A stretch of DNA of 64,000 nt from an uncultured Candidatus Saccharibacteria bacterium (GTDB lineage Bacteria; Patescibacteriota; Saccharimonadia; Saccharimonadales; JAGQNJ01). A model generated the notes under the pieces. The model was not told where the DNA came from, did no database searches, and saw nothing but the letters and a program-made list of their open reading frames with translations. The stretch is taken from contig CAZEED010000003.1 in NCBI GenBank assembly GCA_964510945.1, positions 16,222 through 80,221 on the forward strand. The letters run 5' to 3'. A program made the position numbers and the translations under genes. Numbering within the stretch: the stretch's first letter is position 1; every line of letters starts with the position of its first letter. Below are positions 38,773 through 48,237 of the stretch, piece after piece.

Positions 38773-39945
38773 ATGCTAAATATGCTACAAAAAACACAAA
38801 AACATATGAAACATAAACACAGGAATCCAAAAACTAGTTCTTTCATAAGGCTAAGCAAATATATTGCGTTATTTGTAGTTATTGTTGTAATGGCTGTAAG
38901 TTCCAGCCGGATAACTACAGTTTTCGCTGATCAATTTGATGAGAAAATCGAAAAGTTAAGCGAACAAAACGATAAAGCTAGCTCTAATCTTGCACAACTA
39001 GGTTCTGAAGCAAGTGATCTACAGGATGCAATAGCCAAACTTCAAAAACAAATTAATACCCTGCAGGCTCAGATTACTGATACGCAGTCAAAGATAGACA
39101 ATCTAGAAAAGGATATACGGCAGGCCCAAAAAGAGTTAGATAAGCAGAGAGATTTGCTGGGTCAAAATATTAGGGCGATGTATGTAGAAGGCGAAATTTC
39201 AACTATAGAGATGTTAGCATCAAGTAAGGATCTAAGTGAATTTGTCGATAAACAACAATACCGTAATTCTGTTCAAAGCAAAATAAAAGAAACGCTAGAC
39301 AAGGTAAATGAGTTAAAGAATAAGCTTAAAGATAAAAAAGACTTGCTTGCGGCAAATGTTAAAGATCTACAAACTCGTCAGGCTAGTATTAGTGAGAGTA
39401 AATCAGAGCAAGATTCACTCCTAGGTTTGAATGAAAATCAACAGAACCAGTTAAATTCGAAGATTAAAAAGACAAATGCTGAAATTTCAAAATTAAGAGC
39501 TCAGCAGGCTGCTGCAAATGCAGTTTTGTTTGGCGGTAATGTACCTACAGGTTCGGCGGCAAATTGTGGCGGATATCCTAGGGCTTGGTGTCATGCTCCA
39601 CAGGATTCTATTATTGATACATGGGGAATGTATAATCGTGAATGTGTTAGCTATACCGCGTGGAAGGTTTGGAGTGTCGGAAAACATATGCCTTATTGGG
39701 GAGGGGTCGGAAACGCTAATCAGTGGGATGAGAATGCTAGAGCAGCTGGATTGCCAGTTAATAGTAACCCTAATGGAATCGGAGTCGTAGCCATTAGTAA
39801 CTCAGGCTACTACGGTCATGCAATGTATGTAGAGCATGTGTATGGGGACGGAACTATATTTGTTAGCCAATATAACGCCGGCCTAAACGGTTACTATTCA
39901 ACAGCTAGAATCAGCACCGCCGGTCTTGTATTTATACATTTCTAA
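38773..39945 (+). CDS. PcsB-like secreted coiled-coil + CHAP peptidoglycan hydrolase (start uncertain)
   Basis: It has a signal-anchor and a roughly 200-aa coiled coil. The C-terminal CHAP domain has Cys in NRECVSYTAWK and His in GHAMYVEHV. A possible internal promoter TTGTCA-17-TATAAT at 38740-38768 argues for a start at 38782 or 38806. Confidence 0.8.
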   Translation: MLNMLQKTQKHMKHKHRNPKTSSFIRLSKYIALFVVIVVMAVSSSRITTVFADQFDEKIEKLSEQNDKASSNLAQLGSEASDLQDAIAKLQKQINTLQAQITDTQSKIDNLEKDIRQAQKELDKQRDLLGQNIRAMYVEGEISTIEMLASSKDLSEFVDKQQYRNSVQSKIKETLDKVNELKNKLKDKKDLLAANVKDLQTRQASISESKSEQDSLLGLNENQQNQLNSKIKKTNAEISKLRAQQAAANAVLFGGNVPTGSAANCGGYPRAWCHAPQDSIIDTWGMYNRECVSYTAWKVWSVGKHMPYWGGVGNANQWDENARAAGLPVNSNPNGIGVVAISNSGYYGHAMYVEHVYGDGTIFVSQYNAGLNGYYSTARISTAGLVFIHF

Positions 39946-40025
39946 GAATTCACTAAGTTCTAAGGCAAACATAAGTGATATAGTTAGATATACATAAAAA
40001 GCCATAAAATAACGTCAGGAGTAAT

Positions 40026-41255
40026 TTGGAACAAAAAAATACTAAATTCGGCGAAAATACGCAAACTAAACCAAAGGGTTCGTTCCTCTCTGTATTTATT
40101 ATTAGTCTAGTGTTTTTTATTCTTGGCTGGTCTTTGGGCTCGAACAAATTCAACGTATCTTTCTTGAACAATAATCGTATCCAAACAGAGAACGCCAGTT
40201 TGCCAAGTTCACTAGATTATAAATCAGTAAATGATGTATATGATATTCTGCGCAAAAATTATGATGGAGAATTAAAACTTGACGACGTCATGAATGGTTT
40301 GAAGAATGGCTTAGCGGGCTCAACGGGCGATCCTTACACAGAGTATATGAGTGAAAAAGAAGCTAAAGATTTTGACAGCGAACTTAACGGTACTTTTAGT
40401 GGAATTGGTGCAGAATTGTCTAAAGAGAATGATTTATTGATTGTAGTATCGCCAATTAGTGGATATCCGGCTGATAAGGCGGGTATCAGGCCAAAAGATG
40501 TAATATCAGAAATAGACGGGGAAAAAACATACGGTATGTCATTGTCGAAGGCTGTCGAGAAAATCAGGGGGCAGTCTGGTAGTACGGTAGAGCTAACAGT
40601 TCTTAGGGCAGATAGTGACAAACAAGTAATAAAGATTAAAAGAGAAAACATCACTATTCCGAGTGTTGAATGGTCAGTTAAAAAAGGCAATGTTGGCTAC
40701 ATAAAGATTTCTAGATTTGCTGAGGATACGGCTGATCTAACTAAAAAAGCGGCTACTGATCTAAAGTCTAAGGGTGTCAAATCGGTTGTTCTTGATCTAA
40801 GAGGTAACCCGGGTGGGCTTCTAGAGTCAGCGGTCGACATATCCAGTATTTGGTTAGATAAAGGTCAATTAGTGGTTGAAGAAAAACGCGATAAAATTAC
40901 GATTAATACCCACCGAGCATCTGGAGACAATATACTAGGTGGTCTTCCGACGATTGTGTTAATTGACGAAGGCAGTGCTAGCGCCAGCGAAATTGTGGCG
41001 GGTGCACTCAAAGATAATAATAAAGCCGATTTAGTTGGCGAAGATAGTTATGGTAAGGGCAGTGTACAACAACTGACACCGGTCTCAAGTGGTGGTTTGC
41101 TAAAAATAACGGTGGCTAGATGGTATACACCTAATGGTCGTAATATCGATAAAGAAGGCATTTCACCTGACAAGAAAGTGGCTCGCACAATCAAGGACGT
41201 AAAGGCTAACAAAGACCCGCAATTAAGCTACGCAACTTCGCGACTACAAAAGTAA
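40026..41255 (+). CDS. ctp: C-terminal processing (S41) peptidase with PDZ
   Basis: 409 aa with DLRGNPGG and GSASASEI (catalytic Ser). TTG start. Confidence 0.92.
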   Translation: MEQKNTKFGENTQTKPKGSFLSVFIISLVFFILGWSLGSNKFNVSFLNNNRIQTENASLPSSLDYKSVNDVYDILRKNYDGELKLDDVMNGLKNGLAGSTGDPYTEYMSEKEAKDFDSELNGTFSGIGAELSKENDLLIVVSPISGYPADKAGIRPKDVISEIDGEKTYGMSLSKAVEKIRGQSGSTVELTVLRADSDKQVIKIKRENITIPSVEWSVKKGNVGYIKISRFAEDTADLTKKAATDLKSKGVKSVVLDLRGNPGGLLESAVDISSIWLDKGQLVVEEKRDKITINTHRASGDNILGGLPTIVLIDEGSASASEIVAGALKDNNKADLVGEDSYGKGSVQQLTPVSSGGLLKITVARWYTPNGRNIDKEGISPDKKVARTIKDVKANKDPQLSYATSRLQK

Positions 41256-41325
41256 AATCTTAATATTATTGTTATTGTTAGCTCGAATATGGTAATATTT
41301 GGATTGATAAATCAGGGGAGAATAG

Positions 41326-42945
41326 GTGACAAAAAGACCTACTAAATATATTTTTGTAACAGGCGGAGTGCTATCGGGGCTCGGTAAGGGTATAACAGCC
41401 GCTTCAATCGGAAATATTTTAAAAAGTAGGGGTCTATCAGTCAATATTCAAAAACTTGATCCATATTTGAATGTCGATGCCGGCACTTTAAACCCAGCCG
41501 AGCACGGAGAGTGTTTTGTTACGAAAGATGGTGCCGAGACGGATTTGGATCTCGGTCATTATGAGAGATTCTTGGACGTAGAACTCACATCGTCAAGCTC
41601 AGTTATGAGTGGTAGAGTGCTACGTAAGCTAATTCAGGATGAACGTGACGGTAAATACTTGGGAAAAACTGTCCAAGTAGTTCCACATTTTACAGATGCA
41701 ATTCAAACTTATATAGATCAAGCTAGTAATGGGTTTGATGTTCATATTGTCGAGATTGGTGGTACGGTGGGCGATTACGAAAGCCCAGCGTTTTTTGAAG
41801 CGATTAGAGAGTATAGGACTAGAGCGGGTCAAGAAAACTGTATTAACGTACAGGTTGTTTACTTGCCTTATTTGGGTGCAAGTAAAGAGATTAAGACCAA
41901 ACCGGCGCAGAATGCAACCAGGGAGCTCCGTAGTATGGGGATTATGCCAGATCTACTTGTTGCTCGTTGTGAGGAAGGACCAAAAAGCACTCGGGTAAAG
42001 CAAAAGTTGAGTACATTTTGTGGTGTGCCGGAAGAGGGTATAGCACTACTACCCAACGCTAAAAGCGTTTATCAAGTACCTCTGACTTTAGAGGAGCAGG
42101 GTATTGGTGATTATGTAGTGCAAAAATTAGGGCTTAAACACAAACGATCAAATATGAAACAGTGGCGGAATATGGTTGATACAATAATGGAAAAACCAAA
42201 TCGCAAAGTTAAAGTTGGGCTAATAGCCAAATATTTAGATAACGAAGATACTTATATATGTGTAATTGAAGCCTTAAAGAGCGCCTGTTGGCACAGTAAA
42301 TTGGGGCTAGAGTATGTTTGGATAGATGCCGAAAAATGTGAATTGATGACTGAGTCTCAGCTGGCTAGAACATTTAGCAAAGTTGATGGGGTGATTGTGC
42401 CTGGGGGTTTTGGTGAAAGAGCCCTAAATGGCAAGATAAAATCAGCTCAGTATGCCTTGAAGCACAAGATACCTTATTTAGGACTATGTTTAGGATTACA
42501 AATGGCGGTTGTAGCTGCTGCCAGAAATGCTGGGGTTAAAGACGCTACCACAACCGAGCTAGACCCAAATAGTGATTTTCAGGTAGTCTCGACAATGGAT
42601 TCACAAAAAGGGCTTGAAAACACTGGCGGAACGATGCGCCTAGGTAACTATCCATGTGAACTTGAAAAAGGTTCAATTAGCGCTAAGTACTACAAGAGCA
42701 AAACAATCATAGGCAGACATAGGCATCGCTACGAGTGCAATAACGACTATCGGGATAGCTACGAGCAGTGGGGAATAAAAGCCGTAGGCTTGTCGCCAGA
42801 CAAAAATCTAGTTGAGGTAATTGAAGGCATTGATCATCCGTTTTTTGTCGCATCACAGTTTCATCCAGAATTCAACTCGCGACCGAATAAACCGCAACCA
42901 CTATTTAAAGGATTTGTAGAGAGTTTACTTGCTAAAAAGTCATAA
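41326..42945 (+). CDS. pyrG: CTP synthase
   Basis: 539 aa with N-terminal VTGGVLSGLGKG and the GATase Cys in GLCLGLQ. GTG start after AGGGGAG. Confidence 0.97.
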   Translation: MTKRPTKYIFVTGGVLSGLGKGITAASIGNILKSRGLSVNIQKLDPYLNVDAGTLNPAEHGECFVTKDGAETDLDLGHYERFLDVELTSSSSVMSGRVLRKLIQDERDGKYLGKTVQVVPHFTDAIQTYIDQASNGFDVHIVEIGGTVGDYESPAFFEAIREYRTRAGQENCINVQVVYLPYLGASKEIKTKPAQNATRELRSMGIMPDLLVARCEEGPKSTRVKQKLSTFCGVPEEGIALLPNAKSVYQVPLTLEEQGIGDYVVQKLGLKHKRSNMKQWRNMVDTIMEKPNRKVKVGLIAKYLDNEDTYICVIEALKSACWHSKLGLEYVWIDAEKCELMTESQLARTFSKVDGVIVPGGFGERALNGKIKSAQYALKHKIPYLGLCLGLQMAVVAAARNAGVKDATTTELDPNSDFQVVSTMDSQKGLENTGGTMRLGNYPCELEKGSISAKYYKSKTIIGRHRHRYECNNDYRDSYEQWGIKAVGLSPDKNLVEVIEGIDHPFFVASQFHPEFNSRPNKPQPLFKGFVESLLAKKS

Positions 42946-42966
42946 ATAATTTAGCATAATCAATAT

Positions 42967-43344
42967 ATGAGCAATCAAAAAAAGATATTACTAGTTGAGG
43001 ACGATGATGGTTTAGCCAATGTTTATCGGATGCGTCTTGAAGCTGAAGGCTTTAGTGTCCACCGTGTACCAAATGGAGAAGATGCGCTTGCGGCTGCAGT
43101 TGAATTTCGTCCAGACCTAATATTGCTTGACGTTATGATGCCCAAAGTTAGCGGTTTTGATGTGCTTGATATACTGCGAAATACCCCTGAGACAGCCAAT
43201 ATGAAGGTAGTTATGTTGACGGCGTTAAGCCAAGACAGCGACAAAGAAAAAGCTGAAAAATTAGGCGCAGATGACTACATGGTTAAATCACAAGTCGTAA
43301 TTGCTGATGTTGTCGAGAGAGTAAAACACCATCTCGGTGTCTAA
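42967..43344 (+). CDS. Stand-alone response-regulator receiver (CheY-like), canonical
   Basis: 125 aa with LLVEDDD, DLILLDVMMP, MLTA and YMVKS all present. Confidence 0.9.
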   Translation: MSNQKKILLVEDDDGLANVYRMRLEAEGFSVHRVPNGEDALAAAVEFRPDLILLDVMMPKVSGFDVLDILRNTPETANMKVVMLTALSQDSDKEKAEKLGADDYMVKSQVVIADVVERVKHHLGV

Positions 43345-43369
43345 AAGATAACTATAATCCGAAAACAAA

Positions 43370-43398
43370 TTGACAAAAGCACAAGCATGATGTATACT
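43370..43398 (+). promoter_or_regulatory. Near-consensus sigma-70-type promoter
   Basis: TTGACA (43370-43375), a 17-nt spacer, then TATACT (43393-43398). Confidence 0.7.
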
Positions 43399-43428
43399 GT
43401 ATATATTCCTTAAGAACGGAAAATAAAC

Positions 43429-43533
43429 ATGAATCAAAAACAAACTAACCAAGATAATTTACCCATAAACGGCTTTGATACATTTAACGACGCCATTTTG
43501 AGTACCGCCATAACGAAGTCAATTGATTTTTAG
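43429..43533 (+). CDS. Possible 34-aa small ORF (MNQKQTNQDNLPINGFDTFNDAILSTAITKSIDF)
   Basis: It is the first ATG after the strong promoter. The SD is weak and I recognise no homology. Confidence 0.25.
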   Translation: MNQKQTNQDNLPINGFDTFNDAILSTAITKSIDF

Positions 43534-43547
43534 GAAGAGGATTATAT

Positions 43548-43790
43548 ATGGGTGAACAAAGACGAATTATAGATCACGTTCCAACGAATGATGAGCTTGC
43601 ACAAAGAGTATTACCTATCGCGCCAATTGGGCGTCAATTAACTGAGGGAGAAATAGCAACAGCGGCCGCTGAAGCAGCTGCGGTAAGAACTCCTAAGAAA
43701 GAATTAACACCAGGCGACAAAGTCAGGATAAAAACAATTCAACAAATGGGTATTGATGCAGCCGGTAGGGCATTTGAAGACGAGAAATAG
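43548..43790 (+). CDS. Hypothetical 80-aa protein
   Basis: Strong RBS GGAAGAGG 7 nt upstream. No recognisable domain. Confidence 0.55.
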   Translation: MGEQRRIIDHVPTNDELAQRVLPIAPIGRQLTEGEIATAAAEAAAVRTPKKELTPGDKVRIKTIQQMGIDAAGRAFEDEK

Positions 43791-43818
43791 CGTCCGCGTA
43801 CGGCAAATTTTACTTGAT

Positions 43819-44091
43819 TTATTCGACGGTTACTTCGGTTCGTCTGGCAGTTTTGCCAGTAAAACGTTTTACTTTTCGTGATTTAAAGCCAACCACACCG
43901 TCTTTTGCGGCGTGAATAGTGAAGTTTCGACTCATGAAAGTACCGTTACCAGGGCGTTTAGTCATCCCGATTTGTCTGACGATTACTTGTCCGGTTTTTA
44001 CTGGTTGACCACCGAATAACTTAACTCCGAGTCGTTGACCTTGGGAATCTCTGTTGTTTTTACTAGTACCGCCCGCTTTAACGTGTGACAT
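43819..44091 (-). CDS. rpmA: 50S ribosomal protein L27
   Basis: 90 aa with MSHVKAGGTSKNNRDSQGQRLGVK. Confidence 0.96.
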   Translation of the reverse strand: MSHVKAGGTSKNNRDSQGQRLGVKLFGGQPVKTGQVIVRQIGMTKRPGNGTFMSRNFTIHAAKDGVVGFKSRKVKRFTGKTARRTEVTVE

Positions 44092-44096
44092 ATCTG

Positions 44097-45314
44097 CTAC
44101 TTTCTGATTAGTGTTATTAGTTCACGACCAACGATTTGACCTTCACGGTGATAGATCAAATCTTTATCATTAGCGTGAGCAAACTTCATACGAGTATAGC
44201 CTAATCTCTCGAGATGGTCAAGGAGTGGGAGGTGCAAAAAGTCGGTACGCGTTTTCCAGGCAGGGACGGCTATGCACAGACGAAATCCGGGGCTTGTTTG
44301 TCCGGCAAGATTTCTTAGAAATTTTTTCAAAATAGTATCAACATCTCTAATTATTTTATCAAGTATAGCCATGTTTGGAAGAGTGCTAAGTGGCCTGCCT
44401 AGATAAGCTTCACAGGCAATTGTGTCAAAGTTAAAATTTAGTTTATCTTTCCAGGTTGTTGAGGTGGCGTCGGCTGGGCTTAACTTTGCTCTGTCTTTCA
44501 CGCCCGGATGCTTATTCTCTAACCAAACCTCGATATTCTCATGTGTGTATTCAATCATTCGTGACTCAATATCTGTTCCTAGCACATTAAAGCCCATTAG
44601 CAGGGCTTCTTGAAGTATTACACCTGTACCACAAAAAGGGTCTAGAATAGTGTCTCCAGACATTGGATTTGCCAGATTAATTATTGTTTGGGCTAGTTTT
44701 GGCGACAACATACCGACGCGGGCATCGCGTTTTGGTCGCGCTTGGTCTCTGGCCGAATAGGCGTCAATATCTTGGACATCTACAGTCTGGGCCATATAAA
44801 TTTTATCTCCGGATCCAATAAAACATAATTCTAGTGAACCTAATTTAGTTAGTTTATTGTGATAGACTTGGGCACTTGATAATGCTGGTTCATTATTGGG
44901 TACCAATCTGAACGACACGCCTTGTTTTTTTATTAACTTTTTTAGTTTGAGGCCGGTTTTTAATAATTGTTTTGGATTGACTCTTACGTTATAGGCACTT
45001 AGCCCTAGTGTTAACTTTTTTTGTTCGTTAATGTGGTCAAGAATTTTATCCTCTAAATAGGTTTCGACTTTCGACCAATTATTGTCATCAAAGATATGTA
45101 GCAATTGACACATTTTTACTGTTCCGCCTAGACGAGAGTAGTTGATATCTTTTGGGTCGAGATCGATAATAACCGACTCGTTTGAAAGTTTTTGAATTTT
45201 ATCTCCGCCATACAAGCTTTCTAGCTCTGCGGTGGCGATGGCAGGAAGCCTACCAAGGATACAAATCGTTTTTGTGTGCATAGTTAAAGTATAGACGGTA
45301 TAATGAATAAACAT
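44097..45314 (-). CDS. SAM-dependent (RNA/DNA) methyltransferase, UPF0020-like catalytic domain (start uncertain)
   Basis: The DPFCGTGVILQEALLMG SAM motif lies in the C-terminal half. The N-terminal half has an unknown fold. An internal Met at 45281 is a plausible start. Confidence 0.6.
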   Translation of the reverse strand: MFIHYTVYTLTMHTKTICILGRLPAIATAELESLYGGDKIQKLSNESVIIDLDPKDINYSRLGGTVKMCQLLHIFDDNNWSKVETYLEDKILDHINEQKKLTLGLSAYNVRVNPKQLLKTGLKLKKLIKKQGVSFRLVPNNEPALSSAQVYHNKLTKLGSLELCFIGSGDKIYMAQTVDVQDIDAYSARDQARPKRDARVGMLSPKLAQTIINLANPMSGDTILDPFCGTGVILQEALLMGFNVLGTDIESRMIEYTHENIEVWLENKHPGVKDRAKLSPADATSTTWKDKLNFNFDTIACEAYLGRPLSTLPNMAILDKIIRDVDTILKKFLRNLAGQTSPGFRLCIAVPAWKTRTDFLHLPLLDHLERLGYTRMKFAHANDKDLIYHREGQIVGRELITLIRK

Positions 45315-45321
45315 AATACTT

Positions 45322-46365
45322 ATGTCTGAAGAATTAAAGAAAAAAATCCCTTGGAAGTTATTAATAAATGCTATAACCGTGTTAGCTCTGGCAGGTTTAG
45401 TCTATTTGGCGCGCGATCAAATAGTAGAGACTGTCTCAAACGTTGGCAATTTGAAAAAATTTGCTCTGTTCTTGATGTTGCCAGCGCAAGTACTTAACTA
45501 CCATGCTTACTCACAGATGTATCAAGATTTGTTCTATATTCTCGATAAACGCGTTCGGTATCTAAAGATGTTTAGGCTACAGCTAGAGCTCAATTTTGTA
45601 AATACCGTCTTTCCGAGTGGAGGCGTTACTGGTGTTTCATATTTCGGTGTTCGCATGAGGAGTATGGGCGTGAGCGGTGGCCAGTCAACACTGGTGCAGT
45701 TTATGAAATACGTATTAGTATTTATCTCGTTTCAGATATTGCTTGCAGTCGGACTATTAATCCTTGCTTTGGGAGGGCAGGCTAGCAATTTGGCAGTTTT
45801 AGTAGCAGGGTCTCTAGCGACGTTACTTTTTGTTGGTACGTTTGTTTGTGCTTACATTATCGGTAGCAAACAAAGAATCAATTCATTTTTTACGTTCATT
45901 ACAAGAGTCATAAATCGAGCAATTCATGTATTCCGTCGAAGCCATCCAGAGACAATCAATGTCCAAACTGTCCAAGATTTGTTCACCGATTTGCACGATA
46001 ATTATATGTTAATTAGAAAGAACCCTAAAGTGCTAAAACGACCGCTCGTATCAGCCTTACTTGCAAATATTGCTGAGATTATTACGATCTATATCGTATA
46101 TATTGCCTTTGGACAATGGGTTAACCCGGGCGCGGTTATTATCGCCTATGCCGTTGCAAACTTTGCGGGAGTAATATCAGTTTTTCCGGGTGGGGTAGGG
46201 ATCTACGAGTTTCTGATGACTGGAGTGTTGGCATCAGCTGGTGTGCCACCGGGTGTTAGTTTGCCAATAACCATAACTTACCGAATAATTAATATGACTA
46301 TTCAATTACCTCCAGGTTATTACTATTATCACAAAGCCATTCATGACAAGAATTACAATCAATGA
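45322..46365 (+). CDS. Polytopic membrane protein, flippase-like / lysyl-PG-synthase TM-region family (UPF0104-like)
   Basis: 347 aa with about 8 TM segments. The overall pattern resembles the TIGR00374-type family. This is a memory-based assignment. Confidence 0.5.
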   Translation: MSEELKKKIPWKLLINAITVLALAGLVYLARDQIVETVSNVGNLKKFALFLMLPAQVLNYHAYSQMYQDLFYILDKRVRYLKMFRLQLELNFVNTVFPSGGVTGVSYFGVRMRSMGVSGGQSTLVQFMKYVLVFISFQILLAVGLLILALGGQASNLAVLVAGSLATLLFVGTFVCAYIIGSKQRINSFFTFITRVINRAIHVFRRSHPETINVQTVQDLFTDLHDNYMLIRKNPKVLKRPLVSALLANIAEIITIYIVYIAFGQWVNPGAVIIAYAVANFAGVISVFPGGVGIYEFLMTGVLASAGVPPGVSLPITITYRIINMTIQLPPGYYYYHKAIHDKNYNQ

Positions 46366-47489
46366 ACCTCGATACTAGATTAGAGTTTAGTGTAAGTGAT
46401 TTCGTCGCAGTTTTTAATCAGACAATTAACTATGCATATCCAAGTGTTACTATCTTGGGTGAAGTAAGTAATTTTAGAATTAGCAGGAATACTTGGCTGT
46501 ATTTTAGTTTGAAAGATGATAATTCAAGTATAAATTTCTTTGGTTCGATTTTAAAATTACCGGCACCGATTGAAAATGGGATGATGCTTCGCGTCACTTC
46601 TGTACCGATGCTACATCCAAAATTTGGGTTTAGTCTTCAGATCCAGTCGATAGAACTTTCTGGAAAAGGCACCATTAATCGAGCTAATGAGTTGTTACGT
46701 GCAAAACTGGAGCGAGAGGGTCTGTTTGACCTACAAAGAAAACGTGCGCTTCCAAAAATCCCAGAAAAAATTGGTTTAATAACTTCGTCCGAATCTGCTG
46801 CCTATAGTGATTTTATTAAAGTAATTAATGCGAGATGGTCGGGGGTTGAAATCGTGCATCAAGAAGTATTGGTCCAAGGTAAAGATTCGCCATCGCAAAT
46901 TATAAATGCTATCTCAAAGTTAAATTCAACAAACCCTGATCTAGGAGTGCTGGTAATTACAAGGGGTGGCGGAAGTGCAGATGATTTAGAAGCGTTTAAT
47001 GACGAGAAATTAACAAGGGCTATCGCTAGTAGTCGAATCCCAACTATAGTAGCAATTGGTCACGAGCGTGACCTGACATTTGCTGAGTTAGTAGCGGACG
47101 TGCGTGCTAGTACGCCAAGTAATGCCGCTGAGCTAGTTGTGCCTGATAAAACCGAAGAACTAGAAAGGTTAGATCGAGATCAAACTAATCTGGATAATTA
47201 CATAAAATCCATCTTGCTGGATTTGCAGAATTTGATCGATCAAAAAACAGTAGATATTTTTGATCTATCTAATCATCTTATTGACCAAGAGATATCCCGA
47301 GTTGAATTAAAAAAACAGCTACTAGCTAGTTTTAATCCTCAAGCTGTTCTCGATCGGGGCTATTCGATCGTGGCAAAAAAGGGGCAATCAATTCGATCAG
47401 CATCTCAACTTCAGGCTGGCGACATGGTAAGTATTAGATTATCAAAAGGCAATGCGCTAGCTGAAATAGATAAAGTAAAGGTAGAATAA
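46362..47489 (+). CDS. xseA: Exodeoxyribonuclease VII large subunit
   Basis: 375 aa with an OB-fold N-terminus (GEVSNFRISRNTWLYFSLKD) and ITRGGGSADDL. Followed by xseB. Confidence 0.92.
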   Translation: MNLDTRLEFSVSDFVAVFNQTINYAYPSVTILGEVSNFRISRNTWLYFSLKDDNSSINFFGSILKLPAPIENGMMLRVTSVPMLHPKFGFSLQIQSIELSGKGTINRANELLRAKLEREGLFDLQRKRALPKIPEKIGLITSSESAAYSDFIKVINARWSGVEIVHQEVLVQGKDSPSQIINAISKLNSTNPDLGVLVITRGGGSADDLEAFNDEKLTRAIASSRIPTIVAIGHERDLTFAELVADVRASTPSNAAELVVPDKTEELERLDRDQTNLDNYIKSILLDLQNLIDQKTVDIFDLSNHLIDQEISRVELKKQLLASFNPQAVLDRGYSIVAKKGQSIRSASQLQAGDMVSIRLSKGNALAEIDKVKVE

Positions 47490-47493
47490 AGTT

Positions 47494-47682
47494 ATGGCAA
47501 ATAAAACTAGGAAATATATGCAGATTAGGGAAGAGCTTGATCAGGTATTAGAACAAATACAAAATTCTGATACGGATGTTGATAAAGCACTAGATTTACA
47601 TAAAAAAGGTTCAGCGTTAATTAGTGAATTAAGCGAGTATCTAAAAAACGCCAAGAATGAATTAAAAAAGACAAAAAAATAA
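47494..47682 (+). CDS. xseB: Exodeoxyribonuclease VII small subunit
   Basis: 62 aa and helical. Its position directly after xseA supports the call. Confidence 0.8.
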   Translation: MANKTRKYMQIREELDQVLEQIQNSDTDVDKALDLHKKGSALISELSEYLKNAKNELKKTKK

Positions 47683-48170
47683 TGAATTGGTTAATTTTGA
47701 TTCTTGCGTGTTTAGTTGTATGTTTTGGGTTTGTAGTGCTATTTGGCGCTCCATATTTACCGACAAAGAAAGTTCAAGTAGCGACGGCTTTTGAATTGCT
47801 CGATCTGAAGAAGGGCCAATCTTTTATCGAGCTGGGTTGTGGTGACGGGCGGGTTTTGTTATATGGGGCAAAACAGGGTTTATATGCTACCGGATACGAA
47901 CTTAATCCAATACTCGTTGTTATAGCAAAGATTTTAACTTATCGATATCGTAGTCAAGTTATTGTAGTGTGGGGAAATTATTGGAATAAAGACTGGCCGA
48001 AATCTGACGGGATTTTTTGTTTTTTACTAGATAAATATATGCCACGGTTAGATAAAAAAATTGCTTCTGAGGTAAAGATGCCTATAAAACTTGTTAGTTA
48101 CGCGTTTAAAATCCCGAATAAAAAGTACGTTAGAGTAAAACAGGGAGTCTTTTTGTATCAATATAAATAG
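47682..48170 (+). CDS. Small membrane-anchored class I SAM-methyltransferase-like protein
   Basis: 162 aa with an N-terminal TM segment and motif I ELGCGDGRVLL. Its start overlaps the xseB stop (TAATG). Confidence 0.6.
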   Translation: MNWLILILACLVVCFGFVVLFGAPYLPTKKVQVATAFELLDLKKGQSFIELGCGDGRVLLYGAKQGLYATGYELNPILVVIAKILTYRYRSQVIVVWGNYWNKDWPKSDGIFCFLLDKYMPRLDKKIASEVKMPIKLVSYAFKIPNKKYVRVKQGVFLYQYK

Positions 48171-48237
48171 CAGGTTTGGAAGGTTAACTGCAATCTGGAC
48201 TTGTCAGGTATAAGCAATTTGGTATAACATTAGCGTA

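Noticed and set aside
41244-41444. 66-aa minus-strand ORF overlapping the ctp-pyrG junction, and the 39518-39790 + ORF inside the CHAP gene.
   Set aside because: Both overlap well-supported genes in other frames and have no independent signals.
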